This document shows positions 1-9,395 of a stretch of 62,752 nucleotides of DNA, one piece after another. The stretch's first letter is position 1; each line of letters starts with the position of its first letter. Below the pieces are notes generated by a model that worked only from the letters and a program-made list of their open reading frames with translations, had not been told where the DNA came from and searched no databases. Source of the stretch: an uncultured Desulfomonile sp. (GTDB lineage: Bacteria > Desulfobacterota > Desulfomonilia > Desulfomonilales > Desulfomonilaceae). The translations under genes were made by a program, and so were the position numbers. The stretch is from contig CAYNZA010000003.1 in assembly GCA_964401595.1 (NCBI GenBank), positions 1 to 62,752 on the forward strand, written 5' to 3'.

Positions 1-524
1 CGTGCGGCGCTCGGCCCTTTATACCACCGGTTCCGGGTGTTGACGGGAAAAACGTGGTCATTGCTGAAGAGGTGCTTGCGGGACGGGCGGAGGTTAAAGG
101 CGAGTGCGTGATAATTGGGTCCGGAATGACGGGCCTGGAGACGGCCGAGGTCATGATGCTGGCCGGGCATAAAACCAGCCTCGTTGACATGCTCCCGGAG
201 ATAGGAGCCGGGGCCAACATAATAGTTATACTCGACATCAAGGAGCGCATGGCCTGCTACGATCCGGTTTGTTTACCATCACACCGTTTGCTGAAAGTCA
301 CTGAGGCTGGCGTGGAACTCGAATGCCTTCAAACCCATGGAACGGTGTTTATAAATGCCGACACTGTCATCCTTGCGATGGGTGTACGACCGAACTCAAA
401 TGTTGTAAATCAATTCAGAGCGGCTTTCCCGGAAGCCAGGGTCATAGGTGACGCCGCCAGAGGTGGCAGGATTGTGGACGCGACCCAGGACGCCTACGGG
501 CAGGCGTTTGTATTTGAGCCTTAA
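1..524 (+). CDS. FAD/NAD(P)-binding oxidoreductase, C-terminal part. It resembles the pyridine-nucleotide-disulfide domain of 2-enoate reductase / 2,4-dienoyl-CoA reductase. The 5' end lies outside the window.
   Basis: The frame is open from base 3 (CGARPFIPPVPGVDGKNVVIAEEVL...), upstream of the listed ORF start. It has a second dinucleotide-binding motif VIIGSGMTGLE and the ending IGDAA...ATQDAYGQA typical of this family. Confidence 0.7.
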   Translation, partial: CGARPFIPPVPGVDGKNVVIAEEVLAGRAEVKGECVIIGSGMTGLETAEVMMLAGHKTSLVDMLPEIGAGANIIVILDIKERMACYDPVCLPSHRLLKVTEAGVELECLQTHGTVFINADTVILAMGVRPNSNVVNQFRAAFPEARVIGDAARGGRIVDATQDAYGQAFVFEP

Positions 525-622
525 CAATTGTCTCAAACCGTAATGAGAGGGACAATGCGCCTCCATTTTTACATGGGTCAGAAACCTTGACTGACCCCAT
601 CTGAAGAGTCGAAAGACACAGG

Positions 623-1450
623 ATGGAGTTGACTCAAATGAATGAAACAGAAGCATATTACCGGGATAAGGTTGCAGTTATAACAGGCGGCGCCTCGGGC
701 ATCGGATTGGCGCTGTCGGAAACCATACTCTCCTACGGAGCGAAAGGGGTGGTCCTTTCAGATGTGAAGGAGGCGAATCTGGTTCGGGAGAATGCAAGGC
801 TAAACACTGCCTACCCTGACAAGGTCCTCGGAATCCGTTGCGATGTCACAAACGAAAAAGAGGTCAGAAGAATGATCGAGCAAGCGGCCGAGTTTGGCAA
901 TGGGCGCTTGGACTTCCTGTTCAACAACGCAGGCTCCGGTTTCAGTGGAGGTTTTGAGGAGCAGACGAACAGTGACTGGGAGAAAGCCTTCGCACTGAAC
1001 TTCTTTGCGTCTGTCTACAGTATCCGCGCGGCTCTGCCGGTCATGCGAGCCCAGGGTAGTGGACACATAGTGAACATAATTTCCGGCATCGCTCTACATC
1101 CTATGGCCTACCAATCGATGTATTCCGCTACCAAGGCAGCTCTAAACTCGATGACCCTGGCCCTTCGCTATGAATACTGGGATGAGAACATTCGCCTTAC
1201 ATCAGCTACGCCGGGTACGGTAGCCACTGCGATATGGGGTGATGCTGAAGCCCCTCCGGGTTCCCAGTCGCCGGAACAGTCCGCTCGGACGGTCCTCGCT
1301 GGCGTGGCTAAAAACGAGAGGCTGGTTTTGGGTGACGAGGTCGATGCTACAGGCGCCAGGACTTGTTTCAATCCCGAAGTGGCTAGTTTCGAAGAAGAGT
1401 ACCTTCTACTCGTGGCCAGGAAGCGCCGTGCCGGGGAATGGGCGGTTTGA
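623..1450 (+). CDS. Short-chain dehydrogenase/reductase (SDR) family oxidoreductase
   Basis: It carries the cofactor motif VAVITGGASGIG, NNAG, and the catalytic YSATKAAL (YxxxK). Confidence 0.85.
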   Translation: MELTQMNETEAYYRDKVAVITGGASGIGLALSETILSYGAKGVVLSDVKEANLVRENARLNTAYPDKVLGIRCDVTNEKEVRRMIEQAAEFGNGRLDFLFNNAGSGFSGGFEEQTNSDWEKAFALNFFASVYSIRAALPVMRAQGSGHIVNIISGIALHPMAYQSMYSATKAALNSMTLALRYEYWDENIRLTSATPGTVATAIWGDAEAPPGSQSPEQSARTVLAGVAKNERLVLGDEVDATGARTCFNPEVASFEEEYLLLVARKRRAGEWAV

Positions 1451-1485
1451 CAGGCGTTTAACCTGATTAAGGAGGATATTTACCC

Positions 1486-2355
1486 ATGAAGAATGGTAGT
1501 TATTACATCCCGCGCGAAAACATCTACTCTTTCATGAATCCGAGCGCGATGAACAATGAAGAGGGTCTCTACATAACCTGGGAAACTGACCCAACCGCTG
1601 CTCGACGTGTGCTGCCGCCGCCGCTGGATCTTCTCGACCCGGCTCACCCTATCGCTATGGTGTATGTCGTGAACATTCGCGAACCCACTTTCGCTCCCTG
1701 GTATATGGAAGGCGGCATTAGTCTTCTTTGTCGATATGGTGAGACGGTGGGAGCATATTTCCTGAATCTCCAGCTAAGTGGCCCGGGAGCGCACATGGGG
1801 CTTTGCAGCGGACGCGAAACGGCCGGTCTGCCCAAGAAAATGTGCGAGCGCATCGTAGTGGAACGCAACGGAGACTGCGCAAACGCTGTCATTGAGCGTA
1901 AGGGCAGACGCATTTTTTCTGTTGAGGCTGAAATGGGCGGCTACAACGACCCTCTTATGGAAATTATGCGCAAGGATTATGGACCCGGATACAGGGAACG
2001 AGGTTCCTGCTTTCTTTTCCGTTATGGCTACGAAATTGCGCCTGAAGGCTACTGTGTCTTTCCGGGAATGCGCCTTGTCAACTACGACAGTGTGACCGAC
2101 TTTCAGACCTGGGAGCCGGCATGCATTAAATCGCTTGAGATGGAGCCATCGCTCGATGACCCATGGGCTGAACTCGCAGTTGTGAAGCCATTAGGCGCTG
2201 GCTACAGCATCAATTCCAACTGGATCGCCGGCGTGTCACCTCTGGCGTATTTCGAGGGAGAAGAGTCTGACAGTATGATTTCTTACCTGTTTTCTGGCCG
2301 CTGGGATCAATCGACTCTCGGAGTAGGCCGTTACCAGCGGTACGGACAGTTTTAA
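1486..2355 (+). CDS. Acetoacetate decarboxylase (ADC) family protein
   Basis: The pattern TDPTAARRVLPPPL ... GRETAGLPKK parallels clostridial Adc (VVPEPLE ... GRELSAYPKK with the catalytic Lys). A strong RBS AAGGAGGA lies about 9 nt upstream. Confidence 0.65.
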   Translation: MKNGSYYIPRENIYSFMNPSAMNNEEGLYITWETDPTAARRVLPPPLDLLDPAHPIAMVYVVNIREPTFAPWYMEGGISLLCRYGETVGAYFLNLQLSGPGAHMGLCSGRETAGLPKKMCERIVVERNGDCANAVIERKGRRIFSVEAEMGGYNDPLMEIMRKDYGPGYRERGSCFLFRYGYEIAPEGYCVFPGMRLVNYDSVTDFQTWEPACIKSLEMEPSLDDPWAELAVVKPLGAGYSINSNWIAGVSPLAYFEGEESDSMISYLFSGRWDQSTLGVGRYQRYGQF

Positions 2356-2374
2356 TGTTTCAGGAGGGCTGCTC

Positions 2375-3292
2375 ATGAAAGTCGAAGATATCCGAAAGAT
2401 CCTGGTGGTAGGCACAGGCACGATGGGGCAAAAAATTGCATTACAGTGCTCCAGTCACGGTTACGAGGTTGTGGCCTATGATCCGGTGGCCAAGTCCCTG
2501 GAGAATGCACGGACGAAAATACCCGCTTTAGCTGAGGGACTTGTAGCAAAACAGGAAATGACACAGGAAGTTGCGGATGCCGCCCTGTCCCGGATCACTT
2601 ACACTTCCAGTCCTGAAGACGGGGCTGATGCGGACCTGCTTAGCGAATCAGTGTTTGAAGATGTGGACCTCAAGAAGAAGGTTTTTAGCCAACTAAACCA
2701 GATATGCCAGCCGAAAACCATTTTCACTACGAACTCATCCACGCTGCTGCCATCCATGTACGCTGAAGCCACCGGTCGGCCCGCCCAGTTTGCGGCTTTT
2801 CATTTCCTTGGCGTGGTGGACCACAAGCTGGTGGACATTATGCCGCACCCGGGGACCTCAACAGAAACAGTCGAACTCCTTGTGGATTTCGCCAAAACCA
2901 TCAATCAGGTCCCGCTGGTCCTCAAAAAAGAGTTTCCAGGATACGTGTCAAACGCCATTATCGGGGCCATGTGTGACAAGGCGGTTCAAATAGCGCTCGT
3001 GGAAAAGATCGCGTCGATAGAGGACGTTGACCGGGCCGTGATGATCCACCTTGATTCGGCCATTGGACCTTTCGGGTTATGGGATTTTGTGGGGCTGGAC
3101 ACCGTCTGGCACGTAGCGCAGAGCAAAGCCACGATGTCGGATGACCCTGGAGGACAGTGGTTTGCCGACATGTTAAAACGGGAGTACATCGACAAGGGTT
3201 GGCTGGGAGTAAAATCCGGGCGCGGCTTTTACACCTACCCGGACCCGGTTTTCAAGCGACCGGAATTTGTAGGCAAAGATCCAGAAGAATAA
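2375..3292 (+). CDS. 3-hydroxyacyl-CoA (3-hydroxybutyryl-CoA) dehydrogenase
   Basis: It has the N-terminal Rossmann motif ILVVGTGTMGQKIA, internal E..F(E)D...KK and a C-terminal dimerisation domain. The RBS is CAGGAGGG. Confidence 0.8.
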   Translation: MKVEDIRKILVVGTGTMGQKIALQCSSHGYEVVAYDPVAKSLENARTKIPALAEGLVAKQEMTQEVADAALSRITYTSSPEDGADADLLSESVFEDVDLKKKVFSQLNQICQPKTIFTTNSSTLLPSMYAEATGRPAQFAAFHFLGVVDHKLVDIMPHPGTSTETVELLVDFAKTINQVPLVLKKEFPGYVSNAIIGAMCDKAVQIALVEKIASIEDVDRAVMIHLDSAIGPFGLWDFVGLDTVWHVAQSKATMSDDPGGQWFADMLKREYIDKGWLGVKSGRGFYTYPDPVFKRPEFVGKDPEE

Positions 3293-3439
3293 GGCCGGAT
3301 TCTAGGGTATTTAGGCCGGGGGGAAGAAAATTTTTTCGCTTCCGGCCAATCATTAATTTTTTTGAAGAAAAATGACCGTCACCTAAATTGGCCCCATGGT
3401 AACTGTTGTGGAGACGCATGAAATTCTTCAACCCCAATT

Positions 3440-3455
3440 TGGTAGGTCAATTGCA
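3440..3455 (+). promoter_or_regulatory. Candidate sigma-54 (-24/-12) promoter for the outer-membrane protein gene
   Basis: TGGTAG-GTCAA-TTGCA has GG and GC at the canonical spacing of TGGCAC-N5-TTGCA. It sits 35 nt upstream of the ATG at 3490. This is a by-eye match only. Confidence 0.3.
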
Positions 3456-3489
3456 CGGATATTTCTGATACCGCTCCGGGAGTGAAAAT

Positions 3490-5286
3490 ATGGCTCAGAT
3501 CAGTCGAGTATGCTTAATTGTGTCACTGTTTCTCCTGCCAGTTTCTCAGGCCTGCGCCTGGGAATTCTCCATGTCCGGGAATTTCACATGGGAGTATTAC
3601 CAGTTCTCCCAACTGGGCGATCAGGGCTTCTTCGGGCCTTTTAACCAAGATAACAGCACTGTGACAACTGTGAGGCTTGCCGCTCGCAACGGTTGGCTTG
3701 GGCACGAGATTGCCCGTCGCAACGATGTGTCTTTCTGGGGTGATGAACTATCTTCAGGCTCGGATGTGGCCGCCAATTATATTTATACTGTGTTGTTCCC
3801 GAAGTTGAAATTGAACGAGGCGCTGTCTCTTCGAGGATCTTACAGAATTGGAGCCTGGAATCCGACTTCTGCAGGGGACATTGCTTATGGCCATCTCAAC
3901 ACTTCCAGGTACCTCAACAGTCAGGCTCCAGGCATGGGAAATTCATTTTCTCCAGGCTATTGGCAAACCTGGTATGCGGAGGCCAATTTTCCATGGGGCA
4001 TAGTCACAGTTGGAAAGCAGCCGAATACAATTGGTCTGGGCCTGATCATAGACTCTCTGGAGAACACTACCGAAGCGGTAGTTTTAGGCGTTCCATTCGG
4101 TCCGTTCATTGTCGGGGCCCAATACTATTTCTGGGGTCCGGGTCGAAATGCAAGCACACGACAGGCCTCAAATTATCCTCTGAGGACGGACAGGAGTGGA
4201 TCGGCCCAACCTCATTTCTCTTTCCTGCTTATGTACAGTTCAGGCAACATCAGTTCCGAGACCTATGTCGAATACAACAATGGACACAAAGGCCCGGAGT
4301 CCGAGCTTTATACCGGACAGGCGCTCTCCTCCGCAACCGAGCCCTACGGAGCATTAAATCCGATTTTTGCGGTGGACAGTTCCCAGTTTTTCGGATTCGC
4401 CAATTTTAAATATTTCAATGGACGCTTGTTCTTTAACACTGAAGTCGGGTTTTATCAGGAGTTTTTTCGGCAAAACGGTCTTTCTCTCAATCAAGTGAAC
4501 GTTCCTCTCCAATATGTGCTGCCTCAAACCCGCTACTGGGAATTGTGGGCGGGCATGATCGAATGTGGAGTTCTGGCGGGCCCTGCAAAAATCAGCTTTC
4601 TGTGGGCCTACTATCCGGGTCCGGACAGACGTGGCGGCAAACTCATAGATAGACAACCTACTATCGTTCCCATATTCTCCCCAAATGGCGGGGTGAACCT
4701 GTATTTGCCGTACAGCCTTTTGCTGGGTTATGATTACGGATCGGGGAACGGATCCATAACCCGGTCTTCCAGTCACGGCTTCATCACAGATGCGAGCACC
4801 TATGGTGTGCGGCTGGATTATGCTGTTGCCGCCAACGTCAATCTGTATGCCACATTTCTGTATGCCAACAGAATTTCCCAGGGATATGGATGGGGATGGA
4901 TAAGGCCCGACCCTTCTGAGAATTCAATAACTTCTCCTGCGCTGCAATATGGTAATGGAAACAGAGGCAACCGTGATCCGAGCGGGAACCTGATAGACCT
5001 CTCGTTCGCAAACGCTGACGGAAATCTTACGAATGCGCCAAACATCCTGGAGAGGGACTTGGGTTATGAATTCGGCGGCGGGATAGACTGGAAACTGATA
5101 GAAGGATACATATTAACAGCGCGAGTAGCCTATTGGAAGCCGGGCGACTGGTTCAAGTACGCATGTGTGGACAGGAGACAACCCGGTTGGAATAATCCAA
5201 ACTCTGGTAACCAGTGGGGAGTTAACTGGAATCGGGCAATTGACCCGATCTTTGGAGTGCGTGGAGCAATCCAGGTGGATTTTTGA
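3490..5286 (+). CDS. Outer-membrane beta-barrel / porin-like protein of unrecognised family
   Basis: The signal peptide is MAQISRVCLIVSLFLLPVSQACA. The composition is rich in Gly, Asn, Tyr and Trp with alternating patterns. The C-terminal ...GAIQVDF ends in Phe, a BAM beta-signal. Confidence 0.6.
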   Translation: MAQISRVCLIVSLFLLPVSQACAWEFSMSGNFTWEYYQFSQLGDQGFFGPFNQDNSTVTTVRLAARNGWLGHEIARRNDVSFWGDELSSGSDVAANYIYTVLFPKLKLNEALSLRGSYRIGAWNPTSAGDIAYGHLNTSRYLNSQAPGMGNSFSPGYWQTWYAEANFPWGIVTVGKQPNTIGLGLIIDSLENTTEAVVLGVPFGPFIVGAQYYFWGPGRNASTRQASNYPLRTDRSGSAQPHFSFLLMYSSGNISSETYVEYNNGHKGPESELYTGQALSSATEPYGALNPIFAVDSSQFFGFANFKYFNGRLFFNTEVGFYQEFFRQNGLSLNQVNVPLQYVLPQTRYWELWAGMIECGVLAGPAKISFLWAYYPGPDRRGGKLIDRQPTIVPIFSPNGGVNLYLPYSLLLGYDYGSGNGSITRSSSHGFITDASTYGVRLDYAVAANVNLYATFLYANRISQGYGWGWIRPDPSENSITSPALQYGNGNRGNRDPSGNLIDLSFANADGNLTNAPNILERDLGYEFGGGIDWKLIEGYILTARVAYWKPGDWFKYACVDRRQPGWNNPNSGNQWGVNWNRAIDPIFGVRGAIQVDF

Positions 5287-5703
5287 AAGCCCGTCTCCAG
5301 TCAGGACCGTGGTGAGGCCAAGTGTGAGCATCCTGGTAACTCCAGGATTGGAAATGGACTGGAGACGAACATTCCAGACTCATCTTGTCAAGTTTTCGAT
5401 GCCTCGACTATTTTCCATAATAAAAATTTAGTGGACCCAAAACACCAAAAAATCCCATCTATCTATACTTGACTGTTTCATGTCACCAATGTTATTTTTG
5501 ATTGTAGATGTGACACGTGTCAATCCTCGTTTTTAAGGACTTTTCTTCCCGACTCTTTCAATGACAGGTGTCCGGACTCTTGTCACGATGCTTGTAATGT
5601 AGCGGGTCAGCCACGGGCAGAGATCATCGTGGCTTCATGATTCCAAAATACTGAAATAACACAGGACGTGTTCAAATCAATCAAGTTGATTCTGGAGGAC
5701 GTG

Positions 5704-6420
5704 ATGTTGAGAATGTTGTCGATCTGGACAGCGGTAGTTTTGTTATGCCCTGGCCTGTGCTGTGCTGCCGGCGGTTCGGCGGGAATTTCCGCCAGTGAGG
5801 CCAAGTCCCTGTTAAAGGAGGGCAACGCCCGATATATTTCCTCTAATGTGAAACACCCAAATCAGGGCATGGATAGACGCAAACTCACTGCGACCGAGGG
5901 TCAAAAGCCTTTTGCCACCATACTCTCGTGCTCTGATTCCAGAGTTCCGTTGGAGATACTTTTTGACAGGGGTGTAGGTGACATCTTTGCCGTCAGGGTT
6001 GCTGGAAATGTGGCAAATGTTGACCAGACGGGGTCCATGGAATATGCCGTGGGGCATCTTGGCACACCACTACTGGTCGTTTTGGGTCACACCAAATGTG
6101 GCGCAGTGGCGGCTGTAGCGCAATCGGCAGACCTTCGCGGGAATATTGTCCCCTTGGCAAAGAATATCAGCGCCGCCGTGGCAACTGCCAGAAAGAACAA
6201 TCCGTCAGCTAAAGGCGATGGCATCATGAAAGACGCAATTGAGGCCAATGTATGGCAGGCCATCGAAGACATTCTGCGCACCAGTCCTGCGATTGTCGAT
6301 AGTATAAAATCGGGCAAACTCAAGGTAGAAGGCGCTATTTACGATGTGGAAACCGGGTTGGTAGTCTGGATGGGCGTGCATCCTGACCAGGGCAAGTTGC
6401 TTGACAACAAGGCCCATTAA
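5704..6420 (+). CDS. Beta-class carbonic anhydrase with an N-terminal signal peptide
   Basis: The zinc-ligand motifs CSDSRV and HTKCGAV are present. GGAGG lies 5 nt upstream of ATG 5704, giving MLRMLSIWTAVVLLCPGLCCAAG. The listed ORF starts 36 nt earlier at GTG. Confidence 0.85.
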   Translation: MLRMLSIWTAVVLLCPGLCCAAGGSAGISASEAKSLLKEGNARYISSNVKHPNQGMDRRKLTATEGQKPFATILSCSDSRVPLEILFDRGVGDIFAVRVAGNVANVDQTGSMEYAVGHLGTPLLVVLGHTKCGAVAAVAQSADLRGNIVPLAKNISAAVATARKNNPSAKGDGIMKDAIEANVWQAIEDILRTSPAIVDSIKSGKLKVEGAIYDVETGLVVWMGVHPDQGKLLDNKAH

Positions 6421-6767
6421 CAGACGCACTGGCCATGCGCCTGAAGATGCTACAAGTTATCGTTCAGTATTCTGAAGCCTCATGAGTGTTTTAAGAGGAA
6501 TGTTTCCTTTACCTTAAGACCATGCCGGCGTTTTCATGATCACAGAAGCCGGCATGTGACGGCACAATCAAAGTTCTACCCTGGTCAAGGGCCATATTTA
6601 CAACCTGTTTTCTATCTGACGTCATCAACAGAACCTGAGACTGATATTTTGTCGTCAGACCAAGCATGTTTGCCATTTTTATGGATCGTTATTAATCCCT
6701 AAGCGCTTTAAGCCGTCAAACAGGATCTTCTTTCGTTTTAACAGAACAAAAAAACCCGGAGTAGATC

Positions 6768-8324
6768 ATGGTTACCTCTAGCTCATTCAACAGCCAGATC
6801 CCCGTTGTAAAGCGCTATTTGGCCATCATGTCAGTGGTCTGGACATGTACGGTGTGCGCCTCTTTTGTATGGAGCTGGTTCGAAGTAGACGCCAAAACTG
6901 TAGAGGCGGCTCGGATTCAGGCTCGAAGCTCATTTGAGAAGGATGTCATATATCGCAGATGGAATGCGGGAATGGGTGGGGTATACGTTCCGGTCACTGA
7001 CAAAACAAGCCCTAATCCCTATCTCAAAGCGCCTCAAAGGGACATCCTGACAACGTTGGGACAAAATCTGACACTTATCAACCCGGCCTTCATGACCCGT
7101 CTTGTCCATGAAATTCAAGAAGGGCAATCGGGGACCAAGGGACACATCACTAGCCTGGACCCGATCAGGTCGGAAAACAAGGCGGACGAATGGGAGACCA
7201 GGGCGCTGAAGTCTTTTGAGAATGGACAGCAGGAAGCCTCATCTGTGGAGAATATAAGGGGAGTGTCATACATGAGGTTGATGCGCCCGCTTGTCACTGA
7301 GGAAGGTTGCCTGAAATGCCATGCGGAACAGGGATACAAAGTCGGTGACATCAGGGGAGGAATCAGTGTGGCTGTTCCGATGGCACCACTTATGCACGCT
7401 GCCGGAGGCGAGTTTTACGCTCTGTCCATAGGACACGGAGTGTTATGGTTGCTGGGTTTGGCCGGATTGTTTGTCGGGGGCAAGAGACTACAGAGAGGGA
7501 TAGAGGGGCAGGAAACTGCGGAGAAGGCATTGATCACGAGTCATAGTGAATTGGTAGAAGCCAATTCCATGATTATGGACAGCATTTATTATGCCCAGAA
7601 CATACAGTCCGCCATATTGCCTTCCGATGATAAGGTGAGGGAACTTCTGGGTGATCATTTCATTATCTGGCAGCCACGCGATATCATAGGCGGCGATTTG
7701 TACTGGCTTGACGGAAGGGATGACGAGATAGTTCTGGCTGTTATGGATTGTACCGGCCACGGGGTGCCTGGGGCGATCATGACCATGATAGCGGGCGTCT
7801 CCCTAAACAGGGCAGTCCATGAGATCGGTTACACGGACCCAGGCGCGTTGTTGGGACGCATGAATATTCTGGTGAGAAACACCTTGAAGCTGCGGGAGGA
7901 AGGTAAGCTTTTCGACGATGGTTTGGACATGGGAATCTGTCTGCTGAACCGACAATCCCGCAAAGCAATTTTTGCCGGAGCGCGAATATCATTGTTCATG
8001 CTATTGGAGCAAAAGATCACGCGGGTCAAGGGTGACACGGAAAGCCTCGGTTACAAATCTTCAAATCCGGATCATGTCTTTCAGAATCATTATTTTGACC
8101 TTCCTGCCGGCGCATCTCTGTATATGACCACCGACGGACTGATAGAACAGATAGGCGGAGATAAACACATCCCATTTGGAAGATCCGGATTCACAAGATT
8201 TATTCTCGAGAATGGCGAAAAACCGTTGTCGGAACAGCGAGACCGTTTGCTCGACACGTTTGCTCATTACAGGGGCTCCGAAGATCAACGTGACGATGTC
8301 ACTGTTTTGGGGGTAAAGATCTAG
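6768..8324 (+). CDS. Membrane sensor PP2C/SpoIIE serine phosphatase (SiaA/RsbU-like) with a periplasmic DUF3365 (Tll0287-like) c-type haem domain
   Basis: The order is an N-terminal TM segment, a DUF3365-like region ending in a single CLKCH haem-c motif, a second TM segment (VLWLLGLAGLFVGG), a coiled coil, and then PP2C motifs GGDLYW, MDCTGHGVPGA, TTDGL and DDVTVLG. Confidence 0.8.
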   Translation: MVTSSSFNSQIPVVKRYLAIMSVVWTCTVCASFVWSWFEVDAKTVEAARIQARSSFEKDVIYRRWNAGMGGVYVPVTDKTSPNPYLKAPQRDILTTLGQNLTLINPAFMTRLVHEIQEGQSGTKGHITSLDPIRSENKADEWETRALKSFENGQQEASSVENIRGVSYMRLMRPLVTEEGCLKCHAEQGYKVGDIRGGISVAVPMAPLMHAAGGEFYALSIGHGVLWLLGLAGLFVGGKRLQRGIEGQETAEKALITSHSELVEANSMIMDSIYYAQNIQSAILPSDDKVRELLGDHFIIWQPRDIIGGDLYWLDGRDDEIVLAVMDCTGHGVPGAIMTMIAGVSLNRAVHEIGYTDPGALLGRMNILVRNTLKLREEGKLFDDGLDMGICLLNRQSRKAIFAGARISLFMLLEQKITRVKGDTESLGYKSSNPDHVFQNHYFDLPAGASLYMTTDGLIEQIGGDKHIPFGRSGFTRFILENGEKPLSEQRDRLLDTFAHYRGSEDQRDDVTVLGVKI

Positions 8325-8342
8325 CAAAGGAGGCGAACCGGA

Positions 8343-8894
8343 ATGATACCCTTTAATGTTCATCAGTTCTATATCGATCTGAACCAAAGAGGCATAATTT
8401 TTTCTTTTAGTGGTCCCATATCTCAGGAAGTGATTGAGGGAATCGGAGGAACGCTCAAACAAAAAATGGAAATCGAGGATGCGGACCTCAACACCTCACA
8501 AAAAGTTTTTTCCATTTTTATTGAACAGATGCAAAATGTCGTTAATTATTCGGCCGATAGGGTGATTCTGGAAGAACGTTCAGAGGGTGAAATTCGGAAA
8601 GGTGTTTTGATAGTAGGCAAGGAAAATAGCCACTACTACGTTTTGTGCGGTAACAAAATAAAGAACGATTCTCAGGAATCAATACGTGAGCAACTGGATC
8701 TGTTGGCAAGATTAGATAAAGATGAACTAAAGAAACTGTACCGGGAACGCAGAAAAAAAACGTCGGAAAGCAACGCAAAGGGTTCCGGACTTGGGTTCAT
8801 AGAAATGGCAAGGAAATCGACCAGGCCAATAGAATTTGATATTTCCCCAGTGGATTCAGATTTTGTCTTCTTGACGATAAAAGCTGTGATATGA
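8343..8894 (+). CDS. SiaB-family (RsbW-like, GHKL-fold) protein kinase
   Basis: It is 183 aa, starts 18 nt after the phosphatase gene and has RBS AAAGGAGG. The C-terminal GSGLGFIEMARKSTRPIEF motif and the length match SiaB-type partner-switch kinases. Confidence 0.65.
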   Translation: MIPFNVHQFYIDLNQRGIIFSFSGPISQEVIEGIGGTLKQKMEIEDADLNTSQKVFSIFIEQMQNVVNYSADRVILEERSEGEIRKGVLIVGKENSHYYVLCGNKIKNDSQESIREQLDLLARLDKDELKKLYRERRKKTSESNAKGSGLGFIEMARKSTRPIEFDISPVDSDFVFLTIKAVI

Positions 8895-8904
8895 GGTAAG
8901 GAGA

Positions 8905-9291
8905 ATGGAAATTATTACAATTGAAGCGACAAAATCGAGTCCTTTTGTTCTTATTGATCCCGTCTCCAATCAAATAAAGATCAAGGGGGAATCATATCCG
9001 GAAAACGCCGCAAAATTTTTTGGGCCAATATTGTCATCGGTCAACGAATACCTAGGTTTTAGTGAAGCTCAAAGAATTATGGTGGACATTCACTTGTCAT
9101 ATTTTAACAGCAGTAGTTCAAAGGCTCTGCTCAACCTCTTCGAAATTCTCGACCAGGCCGCTTCAGATAGCAGACAAATAGAGATCAACTGGCGCTACCA
9201 TCCAGAAAACGAAACAATTTTTGAGGCGGGTGAAGAGTTTGAAGACGAAACAACAGCGCTCAAATTCAATTTTGTTCAAACTACCGGATAG
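8905..9291 (+). CDS. DUF1987 / SiaC-family regulatory phosphoprotein
   Basis: It is 128 aa. IEATKSSPFV...IKIKGESYPENAAKFFGPI...YFNSSSSKALLNLF matches the conserved SiaC pattern (ESYPEN, YFNTSS). It starts 10 nt after the kinase gene and has RBS AAGGAG. Confidence 0.75.
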   Translation: MEIITIEATKSSPFVLIDPVSNQIKIKGESYPENAAKFFGPILSSVNEYLGFSEAQRIMVDIHLSYFNSSSSKALLNLFEILDQAASDSRQIEINWRYHPENETIFEAGEEFEDETTALKFNFVQTTG

Positions 9292-9395
9292 CCCTTTGAT
9301 TTCCGTTGACTCATGGCATAGATTCCTAGTGTAATCGGGCATGAATCCCGAAATTGAAATGTTTTCATGTTTCGGAGCCGTGTCTGGATCGTATC

